Positions 25,110 through 38,400 of a stretch of 64,000 nt of DNA are shown piece by piece (position 1 is the stretch's first letter; the number at the start of each line of letters is the position of its first letter). A program made the position numbers and the translations under genes. Under the pieces are notes generated by a model. That model was not told where the DNA came from. It was given only the letters and a program-made list of their open reading frames with translations, and ran no database searches. The DNA is from Isurus oxyrinchus (lineage: Eukaryota): the NCBI GenBank assembly GCA_026770705.1, contig JANJGN010000036.1, positions 1,054,001 to 1,118,000 of the forward strand. Reading direction: 5' to 3'.

Positions 25110-26480
25110 CATATTCTAAGATAAGTGGTGGGGAAACAAATAGAAACGACCCCGGGGGAGAGAATTACTCTACGCTTGGAGATGCAGGGATTAATCAAGG
25201 ATAGTCAGCATGGATTTGTTAAGGGGAGGCCACGTCTGACCAATTTGATTGATTGTACAAAGAAATCACCAGGCTTGTAGATGAGGGCAATGCATTTGAC
25301 ATATTCTATTTGGACTTAAGAAAGGCTTTCAATAACGTGCTACATGGGATACTGATGACGAAGTGAAAACCCCATGGTATTCAAGGCAATTTGGCAGACC
25401 GGATCCAGAATCGGCTGAGTGGCAGGAAGCAGAGGGTGATGGTCAAAGGATGCTTTAGTGACTGGTGCCTGTGTCCAGTGGGTTTCCACAGGGATCGGTC
25501 TTGTGTCCTTTGCTCTTTGTGGTACATGTAAATGATTTAGACTTGAATGTAGCAAGGCTGTTCAGTAAGTTTGCGGATGACACAAAATTTGGTGGGACGA
25601 TAAATAGTGAGGAGGATCGCCTTTGATTACAAGAGGAAATAGACAAATCGGCTGATGAGTGGCAAATGGAATTTAAGTCGGATAACTGTGAGGTAATGCA
25701 CTAGGGCAGGGCAAAAAAGGCACAGGAATACACGATAAATGGTAGAACCCTGGGAAATACCGAGGATCAGAGGGACCTTGGTGTGCATGTCCACCGGGCC
25801 CTTAATGTTGTGGTACAGGTAGTTAAGGTGGTTAAGAAGTCGTATGAAACACTTCACTTTATTAGCCGAGGCATAAGATATAAGGTCAGGGAGGTTCTGC
25901 TGGAGCTGTATAAAACTTTGGCTGAGGCCACAGCTAAAGTATTGCACGCAGTCCTGGAATCCGCATTATAGGAAGGATGTGATTGCACTGTAGAGAGTGG
26001 AGAAGAAATGCACCAGTCTGGAGAGTTTTAATGATGAGAGGGGATTAGATAGGCAGAGTTTATTTTCCTTGCAGCAGAGGAGATTGAGGGGGACATGGTT
26101 GAACTGTATGAAATTATGAGGGTGATAGATACGGTAGACAGGAAGCAGCTATTCCCCTTGATGGAGAGATCAATAACCAGGGGGCATAGATTTAAGGTGA
26201 GAGGCAGGATGTTTAGGGGGTATGTGAGGAAGAACTTTTTCACCCAGAGGGTGGTGTGAATGTGGGACTCACTGCCTGAAAGGGTGTAGAGGCAGAAAAC
26301 CTCATATCACTTAAAAAGTATTTGAGTGTGCACATCAGATGCCATGGCATACTAGGCTATCGGCCTATTGTGGTAAAATAGGATTACAATAGTTTGGCAC
26401 TTGTTTGACCAGCGCAGACTCTATCGGCCGTAGGACCTTTCTCTGTGCTATCTACCCTTATGAATCTATGACTCTATGAG
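25110..26480 (+). mobile_element. 5'-truncated CR1 LINE, decayed
   Basis: agtcagcatggatttgttaagggg..., agtaagtttgcggatgacacaaaa (SKFADDTK), ctatgaatctatgactctatga tail; absent at the paralogous site ~54240. Confidence 0.9.
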
Positions 26481-27699
26481 TCCACCCATGATGAATACCT
26501 GGATGATTCAGGGTATCACAAACTGTGGGTTAATGGGCAGCAGGTTGAATGGTTTGCGTCGGGTCAAGAAATTGTTGGCCCAGGTTTCGAGGTTATACCT
26601 ACCAGGAAAGACTCAATAGGCTGGGGCTCAGTCCCATAGAAAAGTAAAGGCTGAAGGGGTGACCTGATACATGTTTTAAGTTATGAGCATATTCGATATG
26701 GTAGAACTAAAGAAGGTGTTCCCACTTGTGGCAGATAGATCAGAACTAGGAGCCTTCAATATAAGATAGTCACCAATAAATCCAATCAGGAATTGAGGAT
26801 AAACATTTTTACATATCTGATGCGAAGAATGTGGAATTCTCTGCCACAGGCTGTGGTCGGGGTGAATCGCAGCAATGCATTTAAGGGGTAATCAGGATAA
26901 ACACACGAGTTGTAAGGGATAGCGGATATGTTGATGCAGTGGAATGACAAGGAATGGGAGGAAGTTCCAGTGGAACAGACAGAGAGCAGATGGCCCATGC
27001 TCCACTGATCCACAGGTGAATTTCTGACACAAAAAGGGGGGCGGGAAGGCAGGTTCTGGGTGAACCAGTTATTAAAATTTTAGCGTCATATTCTAGTTTA
27101 CTTTTTTTTTGAAACCAGAAAAAACATAATGTTGCCTCGGGGAATTAAGCAGAACACTCGGAACAAGGGACATTTCCACTCTGCCCACGCAAACGTCACA
27201 AGCAGTCGTTTTGTTGAATTCAGTACCATTGCCTTTTGTCTCGAGCTTGAACCAGCCTGGACACTGCACCGCCTGTGACGCGTGTTTACCACGATCTGTA
27301 GCGTATTGCCCTTTGCGAGCATAGCCGTGTGTGGTCTCCTAAACTGTAAACAGGAAACCCTGAGCTAAAATTTAAAGAACGCTGATTTTTCCATTGAGCT
27401 ATTTTTAAACATTGCACCCAATTAAAGCAGCATGTGCATTTGCATCACATCGCCCGAGTTCGGGTCCGAGAACAGAGACATCCGAGCGAAGAGGCCGAGT
27501 AAATCGCAAAGGAACCGGCCCGGGATCGGAGACCATTTGTTTCTTAATGTCCTGTGCATTGGTTTCCAGGTTGCAGCGTTCTTCACTCCTCATTCAGGAT
27601 GGTTTAAGACCACTGAGATAGTCAGCCTAGTAGACAATTATCCCCATGGCTATATTCTATAATATTAGCTTCATGTTGTTGGACTGAGTTATGTCCACC

Positions 27700-28020
27700 T
27701 GCTCAAAACTGATCATATCACCATTCTGCAATCTATCTCAAAAGATGTTCAAAGGATATCCTTTCCCTGCATCTTGCGGTTGCAAAGTCTCCCAGGGCCA
27801 CTATTAGCAGAGAAACGGAGTGGTGGGGAAGGGGCGGCGCAGTTCCCACCTGTGCCCCTGGGGCCAATTTTTATCCCCGAAACAGAATCATTGAAAGCAC
27901 GTCCTGGGTCATAGTCACTTTGTTGCTTCTGCGTCTTGTTACGCTCCATTAAGGCTGCCGCATTTCCTACGTAACATCAGAGACTGCATTTAAAAAAATG
28001 GCTTTCATTTTCACTGATGC
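27700..28020 (+). mobile_element. Deu-domain SINE (SacSINE1-like) fragment in C1 intron 1
   Basis: cccctggggccaatttttatccc...ggctgccgcatttcctacgtaacatcagagactgcat; orthologous copy in C2 at ~55530-55825. Confidence 0.6.
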
Positions 28021-30082
28021 GCCTCTTCTTCCCTATTGCTCATGTTATTGGTTCAAATTTAACCCTCAGCGTTTGACTCCATTAACACGTATTAACCAGT
28101 GGGTGGTCTATTTATATTTTACTGTAGTAGCCGATTCGCCTGAGCGAACATTTTCTCCCTCCCTGCCATAGCAGAATCCATAGTATTTATTATGTACCGC
28201 AGTTATGTATGTACCTCTCAGGCATGTATTACTGTGCAGCTAAAAAGCTCTGTAGGGTGTATTTACGTTTGAAAATGGTTCAAAATTTTTTGTCACTGGT
28301 ATAAATGATGATGTTTTTACAATTGCATTATCAATAACCAGGAAGTTATGGCCAATAGCCATCGAATCTCAAAGCTCGATCCCATCACGTTGTCCAATAA
28401 TCGACCTTTGAACTCCGCCTCCGGCTGATATTCTCTCGATGAGAGTGGACCTTTAGGTTTGTTTGGGGAAGTGCGTGGACCCAGATTCCTTTGCCGCCCA
28501 CTGGAAAGTTTCGGACGGGGTGCCCAGGGACAGAGCAATTCCATGATAATCGAGCCGGACGGGACCTACCCCATCAGGAGTTACATAATCCTCTGGGCGG
28601 AAACTTGGAGCAGCGGCGATCTCCGTCCTTGCGTGTCTCCAAACAACGCAAGTGAAAATCTTCCAAGTGAAAGTACCTTATCTCAAGAAGGTAACTGTTA
28701 ACAGTTTGCTCGTGCATTTAATGTGCGGCCTATTATTTTGTCATATCTCTTTGCACATCTGAGCTTCCCCCTTCAATGTGTTCACGTATCATTTTCAGAG
28801 CCCTTATCCCGCTCTCATGTATCTCAGAATTTCAGAGTTTATCTTTCAGAATTCTTAGTCCATCTGTCTAGTAAGGATAAAATCCCAATTTTCTGTTTAC
28901 CACTTTCCCTCTCGATTCCTATACGACATTATGTGAATCCCATAGGGCAGATCTTCCAGCACTGAGACAGTGCACTCTCCTATTTGGCTCGCTGCTGCTG
29001 TTTCTGCTTCAGAAGAACCTCCTCCCACTCCTCTTCACCTCAGCTCATCACCATGTCCTTCTGCTGCTTCCTCCCTCATGTTCTTATACAGCGTCAACCA
29101 TTAATCCATATCTGCAATTCACCTCAACCGCTGCGTGTGGGAATGTGTTCCACATTGTTCCTGATTAAAGAGTTTCCTCCTGAATTCTCGACTGGATTTA
29201 TTAGTGAATGTGTGACATTGATGGTTTCTAGTTCTGGTCTCCTCAACAAGTGCCAATACCTTTTCTACTTCTGCACGAAAGTCCCTTTTATAATCTTAAA
29301 GATATTGATTAGGTTACCCGACAGACTCCTCTTTTCTCGAAAAAAAGATGACAGCCTGTTCAAACTTTCCTGATTTTCATAACCTCTCATTTCTGGTAAC
29401 ATTCCAGTAAACCCCATCTTTTTCGCTCCGTTCCCTGTGCCTGCATATTCTTTTTATGATATGCAGACCAGGATAATTCAATGGACTCAATGTACAGTCT
29501 AACTAATTTCTAATATACTTTAATGTCGCCTTTTTTCTTTTCATTGCTGGCCCTGGCTTTTATCATCTTATTAACCTCTGTTATTTTTTTCAATGATTTT
29601 TGTCTCGTGCCTCTGAACTCTCTGCTCTTCTGTCCGATTTCAACAGTTATGTTCCATTGATTGTGTAGCCCAAACGCTGTCATATGTCTAACCCGGGCCC
29701 CAACTATTCTTCTTCCTAGATAAATGGTCTCTATATAACGTTTCATCCAAGACAAAGTAAAGGAATCCGTTGGATGACTATAAGCAGGTTAGTCTTTCAT
29801 GCATGGCGGACAAACGTTGAGCAGTTAATTGCTATACATGAAATTTGTGAGTATTTCATAATAGATGGGTTCGTTAAGGGCATTCAGCACCGACCTGTGA
29901 ATGTGTAGTCATGCTTAACACATTCAATAGGGACTGGCCTTTCAAGAATTATCCGAGTGGATAGTTAAATAGAATGCAGTTCATGGGGTTCCACGAGGTC
30001 TTCATGTATTTGTGCTTTATAAATTTATCTAAGTATCCCTCACTCGCACTGGGTCTTCTTTATAACTACCCACGTATTTATG

Positions 30083-30166
<84 letters not shown>
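30083..30166. repeat. (TATC)n microsatellite, ~21 units
   Basis: Perfect tetranucleotide run. Confidence 0.97.
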
Positions 30167-32438
30167 GCTCTATCCAAATACATATCTGTCCATCTATTCT
30201 ATCCATCCGTCTCCCTCTATCATTCTCTCACACGCTGCCTTTGTGACTGTCTTCCTCTATCTAGCCATCCATATAGTTTCAAATTTCCAAATTTGCTTCG
30301 CTTGCCTAATAAATGTCGATTTAAAAAAAATGTGCTTGATGAAGTTGGTGACAGTGACAAGACTGACATTGTTTACCCTTCCCGAGCCGCCATGCGTAGT
30401 GTGTGCTGGAAGTCATTGAATGTTAAGCAAGGGACAAACGGCGCGGGTTTCAGTATTTTTCTGAAATACAATGAGATTCTTCAATTCTTGCTCCCTACCA
30501 CTTGCAGTTCCAATTTTCAGAGATTTCGTCCGAGGCGGGCTTTCTCCTTCAGGGGATGGTTCTTGTGCCCGGGAGAAGGGGTTGCTGGAACCGGCAGTCA
30601 GGGAGAGATTATCAGGAGAAGCTGTAACTCCGCTGCGCTCTCAATGCATCCATTAATCAGTGGGTTTGTGGCAGTTTCAGCTGTTTGCATATGAATTGAT
30701 GTCATTTCAGCTAAGTTTAAATTTCAATTTCTAATAGGCAACATGAACAGTGATGCTGAAATGACATATTCCAGAGCAACGACACAAGAAAATGCGGTTA
30801 CTATGGATGGAATTGTTTCCTAACATGTGCAGATACATTTCACTGCATTTTAATCGAAGTTTTAAAGTCCATTGTTAATGACATATGGATCTAGGCGATT
30901 TTGCATCGTACATATTGCAAGATAACACTGTTTACACGTGATACAACATTATGAAATTACATGAAAAATATAGATAGGTGTTCAATTAAATATATCAAAA
31001 TTGAGATTGATAAGCTTTCGCTGGGTAAAGGGGATTAACCGTTAGGGAACGTAGGAGAGGAGATGGGGTTAAGATACAGATCAGAAAAGACGTTATTGTA
31101 AGACAGAACATGCTCGAAGGGCTGAATGGACTCCTGATGATGGTAAGCTCACTATAACCATTTGTGTTTTCTCTTACAGACTGTTTTTGCTCGGCTGGCG
31201 TTGAATGCGGATCCCACAGTCTGATTGCAAACGATATTGAGAACTCAAGTTCTGCTTCTGGGCTATGAAGTGTAGTGGAAAATTTCCTCTCTTGTGATCT
31301 TATTGGAGGAACGCCTAGAGGTGTGACCCTTTCCAAGAGACAGCCATGGCAAATTATGTTCATGGCTGAATTATTATTTATTAATAAAAATGAGCAATGT
31401 AGCATGCCGACTAGTCACCTACTGCTGAGTCCTCAATTCTGAAAGAACAGGTCCTTTTTCAAGCCCAAATTGACTCTCTGGAGTTTTAGCTTTGGGCTCA
31501 GTATCAATATGTTTCTACTGTCCTGTGGCAGTGTTTTTATGTTCATTCTGCATCTTTGTGTAGCGCTTGAGCAGGAAAGAGCGCATTAGTGTCCAAGTTA
31601 GCAATCCATTAAACACGTTTTGAAATGCAAACACTGTTTGGGACTTCAGGCTGTTTGGCCCCTCAGTGCAGTTGTGCTCAGTGAATCTGCAATAGCAGGG
31701 TACAGGATATCTTTATAGGACATATGTTTGCAGGTTAAACGTGGGACCATTTCAACGAGAATGATACCAGAGCTAAGAGGTTATGATGCCGGGGAAGATT
31801 GAACAGTCGGGGCCTCTTTTCTCCCCAAAAAAGAAGACTAAGTGGTGACCTGATGAAGATATTTCAAATTATGAAACGATTTGATACGTGGAAGCAGAGA
31901 GAGAATGCTACCAGTTGCAGGCAGAGCTACAGCAAAGGCCATGAACATTAGATATTTGCTAATAATTCCATTGGGGAATTCAGGAATAATTGCTTTCCCA
32001 GGAGAAAGGGGAGAATACAGAACTCACCACCACAGTGTGCGGTCGAGGGAATATCAGAGATGCAATTAATGGGGAAGCTGGACAACTTCGTCATGAATAA
32101 AGACATAGGAGGACATATTGATGGGGTGAGGGTGTTGGAGGAGGGTCGTCTGAAGCACAAACACCAGCAGAGAGCAGAGCGGCTGAATAGCTTGTTTCTG
32201 CTCCTGAAATGATTTTGAATTTTGTAAAGCAGAACACATAAGCAGTGACTGAAAGCTCTTTGTTTGGAAAAAGTTTGCATCATTAACACAATTCCTTCTT
32301 CACACTAAAATAAGTAACTAAATGTGAAAGTGGGATTCAGCGGACCGAGGTGATCTGATATTTTTGTGTTACACCTTCAAGATTATAAATATTAAAAATT
32401 AAGGTTTGAAACCACTGCTTTTAAGCAGTGTTACATGG

Positions 32439-33620
32439 AATCACAGAATCACACAGTGCAGAAGAGGCCCTTTGGCCCAAGGAGTCTGCACTGAAACGTG
32501 AGAAACACCTGACCTACCTAAGTAATCCCATTTTACAGCACTTGGCCCATAGTCTTGAATGTTATGACTTGCCAAGTTCTCATCCGTGCACTTCTTAAAT
32601 GATGTGAGGCAACCAACCTCTACTGCCATCCCAGGAAACGCATTCCAGACCGTCAGCACCCTCCTATTAAAAACGTTTTACCTCACATGGCCCATAAACT
32701 GCTTGCCCCTCACCTCGAAGTTATGTCCCCTCGTGACTGACCCGTCCAATAAGGGGAAAAACTGCTCCCTATCCAAGCCATCCATGCTCCTCATAAATTT
32801 GTTCACCTCGATCAGGCCGCCCCTCAGTCTTCTGAGCTCCAGCGAAAACAACCCAAGTCTAACTAACCTCTCATCATAACTTAAATGTTTCATTCCGGAC
32901 AACATCCTGGTGAATCTCCTCTGCAACCCCTCCAGTGCAATCACATCTTTCCTATAATGTGGTGACCAGAACTGCATACAGTACTCCAGCTGTGGCCTCA
33001 ACAAGGTTCTGTACAACTCCAACATGATCTCCTGACTTTTGTAATCTATGCCTCGATTGATAAAGGCAAGTGTCCCATGTGCATTTTTAACCAACCTATT
33101 AACATGCCCCTCCGCCTTCAGAGATCTATGGACACACATGCCAAGGTCCCTTTATTCCTCAAGACTTCTTAATGTCATGCAGTTCATTGAATGCTTCCAT
33201 GTCAAATTACTCCTTCCATAGGGTTAAATTCCATCTATCACTTATCTGCCCATTTGACCATCCCGTCTATATCTTCCTGTAGCCCAAGACACTCAACCTC
33301 ACTGTTAGCTACCCGGCCAATCTTTGTACCATCCGCAAACGTACTAATCATACTCCCCATATTATCACCTATGTCGTTCCTATAAATGACGAACAATAGG
33401 GAACCCTTTACAGATCCCTGTGGTACGTGACTGGATGCTGGATTCCAGTCACAAAAACATCCTTCTCTCATCATCGTCTGTCTCCCATAATTTAGCCAAT
33501 TTTTAATTCACCTAATGAAATTACCCTGTATCCCATGAGATTTGCCTTCTTTATAACTCTCATGTGGGGCCTTGTCAAAGGCTTTGCTGAAATCCATATA
33601 AACTACATGAACTGCTCTAC
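32439..33620 (-). mobile_element. 5'-truncated CR1 LINE, relatively young
   Basis: Minus ORFs 33238-33474 (VPQGS...FADGTKIG), 32678-33139 (LYRTLLRPQLEYCMQFWSP), 32441-32659; empty site visible in the duplicate at ~62119-62135 (ggaatc|aatgttattcactg). Confidence 0.92.
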
Positions 33621-35401
33621 ACTTACGACTTCAACTAATGTTATTCACTGATCAAGTGAAATCCCACAGCCGTATTTTTCTTACTGATCAGATTTTTTTT
33701 TTCAATTTTGAAAACGAGGGAAAACCTTTATGATTCTTGTATCAAGAAAAAGAAAATCTTACCACACAACATAAAAAATATACAGCTAAAGCAGTCTTAC
33801 AAGGTATTCCTCCAAAGAAGAAACATTTTCAGGGTTCACGAGTAAACTATTTGGCAATAGCTCTTTTATGGAGTTTTAACTGAAAAAATCCAGCAATCTT
33901 ACCCAAGGAAAAAATTGCTGCTGCTTTAGTAAAATATACGACACTCCCTCCCACTCTCTTCCAGTCTGCTCTGGAAATCCGAAGGGAGTTCGGATACAGA
34001 CTTCCTCCTGAAAGCAAAAACTTTTCCCGTTTGATATCGGATGGCAGCTTCAAATTCTAATTTTTCTTCAGCACAAAGATGGACTCAGGACATCTCCTCC
34101 ACAGAGCCACCTCAACTCAACTACGCATTTCCGTTGCATATCTTCCCCTGCTCCCTTTCATCCTGGCCTCCATTGACCTAAGCACCTCTTTGAACTCAAT
34201 TTTTCCAACACGTGAAAATCCTTCATGTCTTCCTATTGCCTCAACTTTCGGCCAATTATCAATAAATAACCTCCCCTTGTTTAGTTATGAAATATTTGTA
34301 AGTGGTAAAAGTTCTTAAAGTTCATTTGAAATTTAGCAGCTTAAAAGACAAGTTCTTACCTATCACCTAATGCAATTTAAAAAGCCCATCACATTTTCTT
34401 ATACTCGTAACGTCACCATAACCTCTCGTTAAAATGATTGCATCCAGCACAGTTATCTTTCATCTCAGTTCTCACAGACAAGCTGTCTTTACTATCTTCC
34501 CCGGTTTAATTACCAATGAACACACAAACACAACCTTCTTTATAGAATACCACGATGTTCCCAAAATATATAAAAGCAGCATCCACCTTCACGTACAAAA
34601 CTCCACCCATTCATCTTGTTTCCCTTTCACTCATTACACCTACACTGCAAAAGGTATGGGATACCAACGTCAGCAGCGTTCTGAGGGAGAGAGATCCAGA
34701 TTTTAACTCCATCTTCCACAGTAACTCTTGCACCAAAACAAACTACACTCAAGGTAAATCTCTGACTCAAGGTAAATCTCTGACATGTAGATTCAAATGT
34801 GAACACAAATGAAAATACGCTGTGTAAAAGTGAAATGGAATCATCACAAGTTTCCTTAATCACTGCCCGTGTCCCTCTCCTGCTTTGTCCTGATTCAGTA
34901 AATGATAGAACACAACACAACAGAAAGACACCCACCAGTAACAGCATCTCAATCCAGGACTGATATAGACAACTCAGGAGAAATTGCAGTTTTACCAAGG
35001 TGACATTTAATCATAATTTAATTATTAATTAATACAAACATCTGGTGCATCGTTATAATCGAAGAATAATTTATTATATTTACATACTGACATTTGCCAA
35101 GAAATGAACACCCTGTCAGCAAATGGTTTTGCTGAATCAGCACTAACTGTCCAGATAAACTAAGGAAAGTTCTGAGTATTCGTTCAATGTTTCCTTCAAA
35201 CTTGAGTTACATGATAACGGTGGGATATCCTTAACAATACTCAAAACAACTTCTACATTTAGAAAATTGAGCCAGCCTTTGTAGCTCTGAGCAGTGAACG
35301 CTCAGTGTCTCTTTGTCTCCAGGTTTATATCCACTAGGCTGTGGGTTATTTGGCAATTCCTGTCACCTCCATAATGCGTCAGAGAGAAACAGACGGGATT
35401 C

Positions 35402-38400
35402 TCATCTGCGACCCCCTTTCTTTTTTGACCTTTTCTCCAATGCAGCCAAGTCCAGTGAGGCGTAGAGAGGTCCGCCTTGAGTCTGGGAGACATTTTAAAC
35501 ATCAACAACGAAAAGTCTTTTAACGATAGGTAAGATTGCCCACTCCCGCAACTGCATTTTATAGAATCATTGGCTGATACAGCGCAGAAAGAAGTAATTC
35601 CACCGATTGTTTAAGTGCTAGCCCTAAGAAAGAGCTGTGCAATTAGTCCCATTGTACTCTTCACTGTCCCCATATCGCTGCCACTATTTTCACTTTCCAC
35701 TATTTTTGTATTACCTTTTTGAAAGTTGCTACTGAATCGGTTCCTGTTGCCCGCTTTCTCAATTTGAGGAAAGTTTTGCTGCATTATAAACTACAAGAAA
35801 CATCTGAATTGAAGTTTTCTAACATCGCTGCAGAATTCGCAAAGAAACTGGAAATAACCGAAGTTTAATCAGAAAACTGGGTGATGAGTGTATTGATTTG
35901 ATTGAATTCCTTTGTTGTTAATTGGCCAACCCGATTATTGTGTTTCGCCATGTGTCATCTATACAATTATGTAGAGTCCACTAAACTGATCACATTTAGA
36001 AGAATGACACAAACAGAATCAAAAGCTTTGTGTTTTTGTCGCGCCTTTCACGAACTGAAGAAGCCCCAGAACATTCAGATCCACCTCTTTGAAGTATAGT
36101 CTCTGTTCTTGATGCAATGAGGCAGTGAATTTACGTATAGTAAGTACCGATAAACAGCAATGAATTAATGACTTGGATAATTTATTTTTAAGGTGCGGGT
36201 TGAGAGATAAATTATGAAACGGGAAACCAGAGAGAAGACCCCACCCACCGCACCCACCATCCCCCATGGCCCCAACACCATTCATCTTGCAATAATGGCA
36301 GTACCATCTTTCATGTCGACCAGAGCGGTCTAGCAGGTCCTCGGTTTAACGATTCATTTGAATTAGACACCTCAGGGAATGCAGCACTCGCTCCGGACGT
36401 TCAGTCTAGACCTTCTNNNNNNNNNNNNNNNNNNNNNNNNNNNNNNNNNNNNNNNNNNNNNNNNNNNNNNNNNNNNNNNNNNNNNNNNNNNNNNNNNNNN
36501 NNNNNNNNNNNNNNNNNNNNNNNNNNNNNNNNNNNNNNNNNNNNNNNNNNNNNNNNNNNNNNNNNNNNNNNNNNNNNNNNNNNNNNNNNNNNNNNNNNNN
36601 NNNNNNNNNNNNNNNNNNNNNNNNNNNNNNNNNNNTTGCAGTGAACTTACAGCAGAAGCAGATTTAGCCTACGTTTGGCCTGACCTTCATTCTAATTCCA
36701 TTTGCTAATGTGTTTACTAAATTGGTTGGGTCGGAGGAGGGGCAAAGTTGTTAAACGAGGGAAGGGGATTAGACTCACTGTAGAGATTAAAGAAAATAGC
36801 ACAAATCTAAAATATGCACTGCTGGAAATACGCCATTAAATTTGATGGAGACATTCCACCTGGAAAATGGCCCTATCCTTTCTGTTGTCAGATGGGGAAA
36901 GGGATTGGGGAATATTTTCTGATTCCAGTTCGAGGGACGAGTGGGATTATATACAAATTCAGATGCTCTAGACTATGACCTGCCTTGTGATAAATGCGTG
37001 AAATATTTAGGATGGGAAGCCTTGCACCGTATCCCCCCAAAAATTGTATGCTATTGCAACAATTTCAAAGCAACTTACTTGTACTGCATCCTGACACGGC
37101 CACGATCCATCTCTTTGATGGTGGTCATCTGTGTTATTAATGGTTGAGATAGGAATTGAAATGTTATCCCAGACTGGCTTATTCATAATTATTACAGATA
37201 CGTCATTCGCCGAAGATATGCCGAAGCACCAATGACTCCAGTAAGCCTCTTTGTGACCAGGCCCCGAGTCCGTAGAATGTGCCCCAAAACGCGAAAGTTC
37301 CCTCAAAACTTCAGTGGTGTGAAAATCGCCAATGGATGGACAATCACTCTCCACCCACATTGCCTGGCATATATTGTCTTTCTGGCATATTACTGCAACT
37401 ATTAACAACCAGGAATTGGCATTTTATATGGAAACCAGAGACAGCAGAGTGGTTGAGAATATTATTGATGGCGGGAAATGCTCTTCTGTATCTTTCCAAT
37501 TCCAAGGACTTGACATTTAATCTGTGCCAAAATTTCGATGCAACTTACCCGTTTGTCGCTCATTGTGACCTTCTCTTTGTCTTCTCTCCCTCAAGCTGAA
37601 GCTGGATGTGAACAGAATTATCAAACACGTGTTATATTTTATGAATACTGGCGCAGGTGCCAGAAATAGGCGAGAAGAGAATGTCAAGTGGTCTTAGAAT
37701 CAATCTTAAATGCTCACGGAAAATGGCAGCATATATCATTGGAATCAGTGTTGGGGTTGAACTGGGCTAGGTCCAGTGATAAATATAGAACGTGGGTTCA
37801 GGGTGAACTTTTGAAATGTTCAGTTACTCACGTTTCATTGTGGGATCTTTTGCAAGGCTCTCCTGAAAGCAGAAAGTAAATTATCAATTTAAAACTGGAA
37901 GGGAATCATTTGAGACAATCATTTATTAAAATATCACTGAAGATTATTAATCCTCACCTGATCTGCCGCTTTTACGAATCCAAATTGAAATGAGGACCAG
38001 GAGCAGAACCAGTATCACCAGGACAGTTATGATAACAGGAAGGGCCAGCATGCACCATCCTACAGAGACAAAACACTTAGAAACTGCTACTCGATGAAAT
38101 CAACCTATTCTGGTACTGTCTGATGGGAAACGTGCCCCAAAATTATGCCCAGAAGCAGTCCATTTGTATCATCGTGCTAGTGCATGCTCTTTGAGAGCGG
38201 AACCTAATTAGTGATATTCTCCCTGCCCTTTCTCCCATACGCCTGAAAGTGTCTTTCCATTAGTTATTTATCCAATTTCCCTTTTAAACGTTCCTTTTGA
38301 ATCTGCTTCCAACGCCGTCTCAGGAGGCGCTCTCCAGGCACCATTCACTGAGTTAAAAGAGAATTTCCCTCATCTCCCCTGCTAGTTCCTTTGCGATTAT

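Larger units (their letters stand above)
27535..31224 (+). pseudogene. C1: pseudogene of an A-related (subtype C) VJ-C1-TM receptor
   Basis: Leader remnant 27535-27569 (ATG lost); V exon 28203-28298 with its core deleted (GMYYCAAK.../FENGSKFFVT); C1 ~28385-28690 with stops and a frameshift (EPDGTYPIRSYIILWAETWSSG); TM remnant ~30480-30601; cytoplasmic exon ~30738-30796; terminal exon 31180-31224 TVFARLALNADPTV*. Confidence 0.87.

Noticed and set aside
34627-34998. Minus ORF with signal-peptide-like MLLLVGVFLLCCVLSFTES
   Set aside because: The paralogous region ~63200-63540 does not keep the frame; it lies in the B 3' flank.
36651-36691. Possible extra 41-nt B2 cytoplasmic exon (ag...gtaagt)
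   Set aside because: Weak acceptor, and it breaks phase with the terminal exon unless another exon hides in the adjacent N gap; unresolved.
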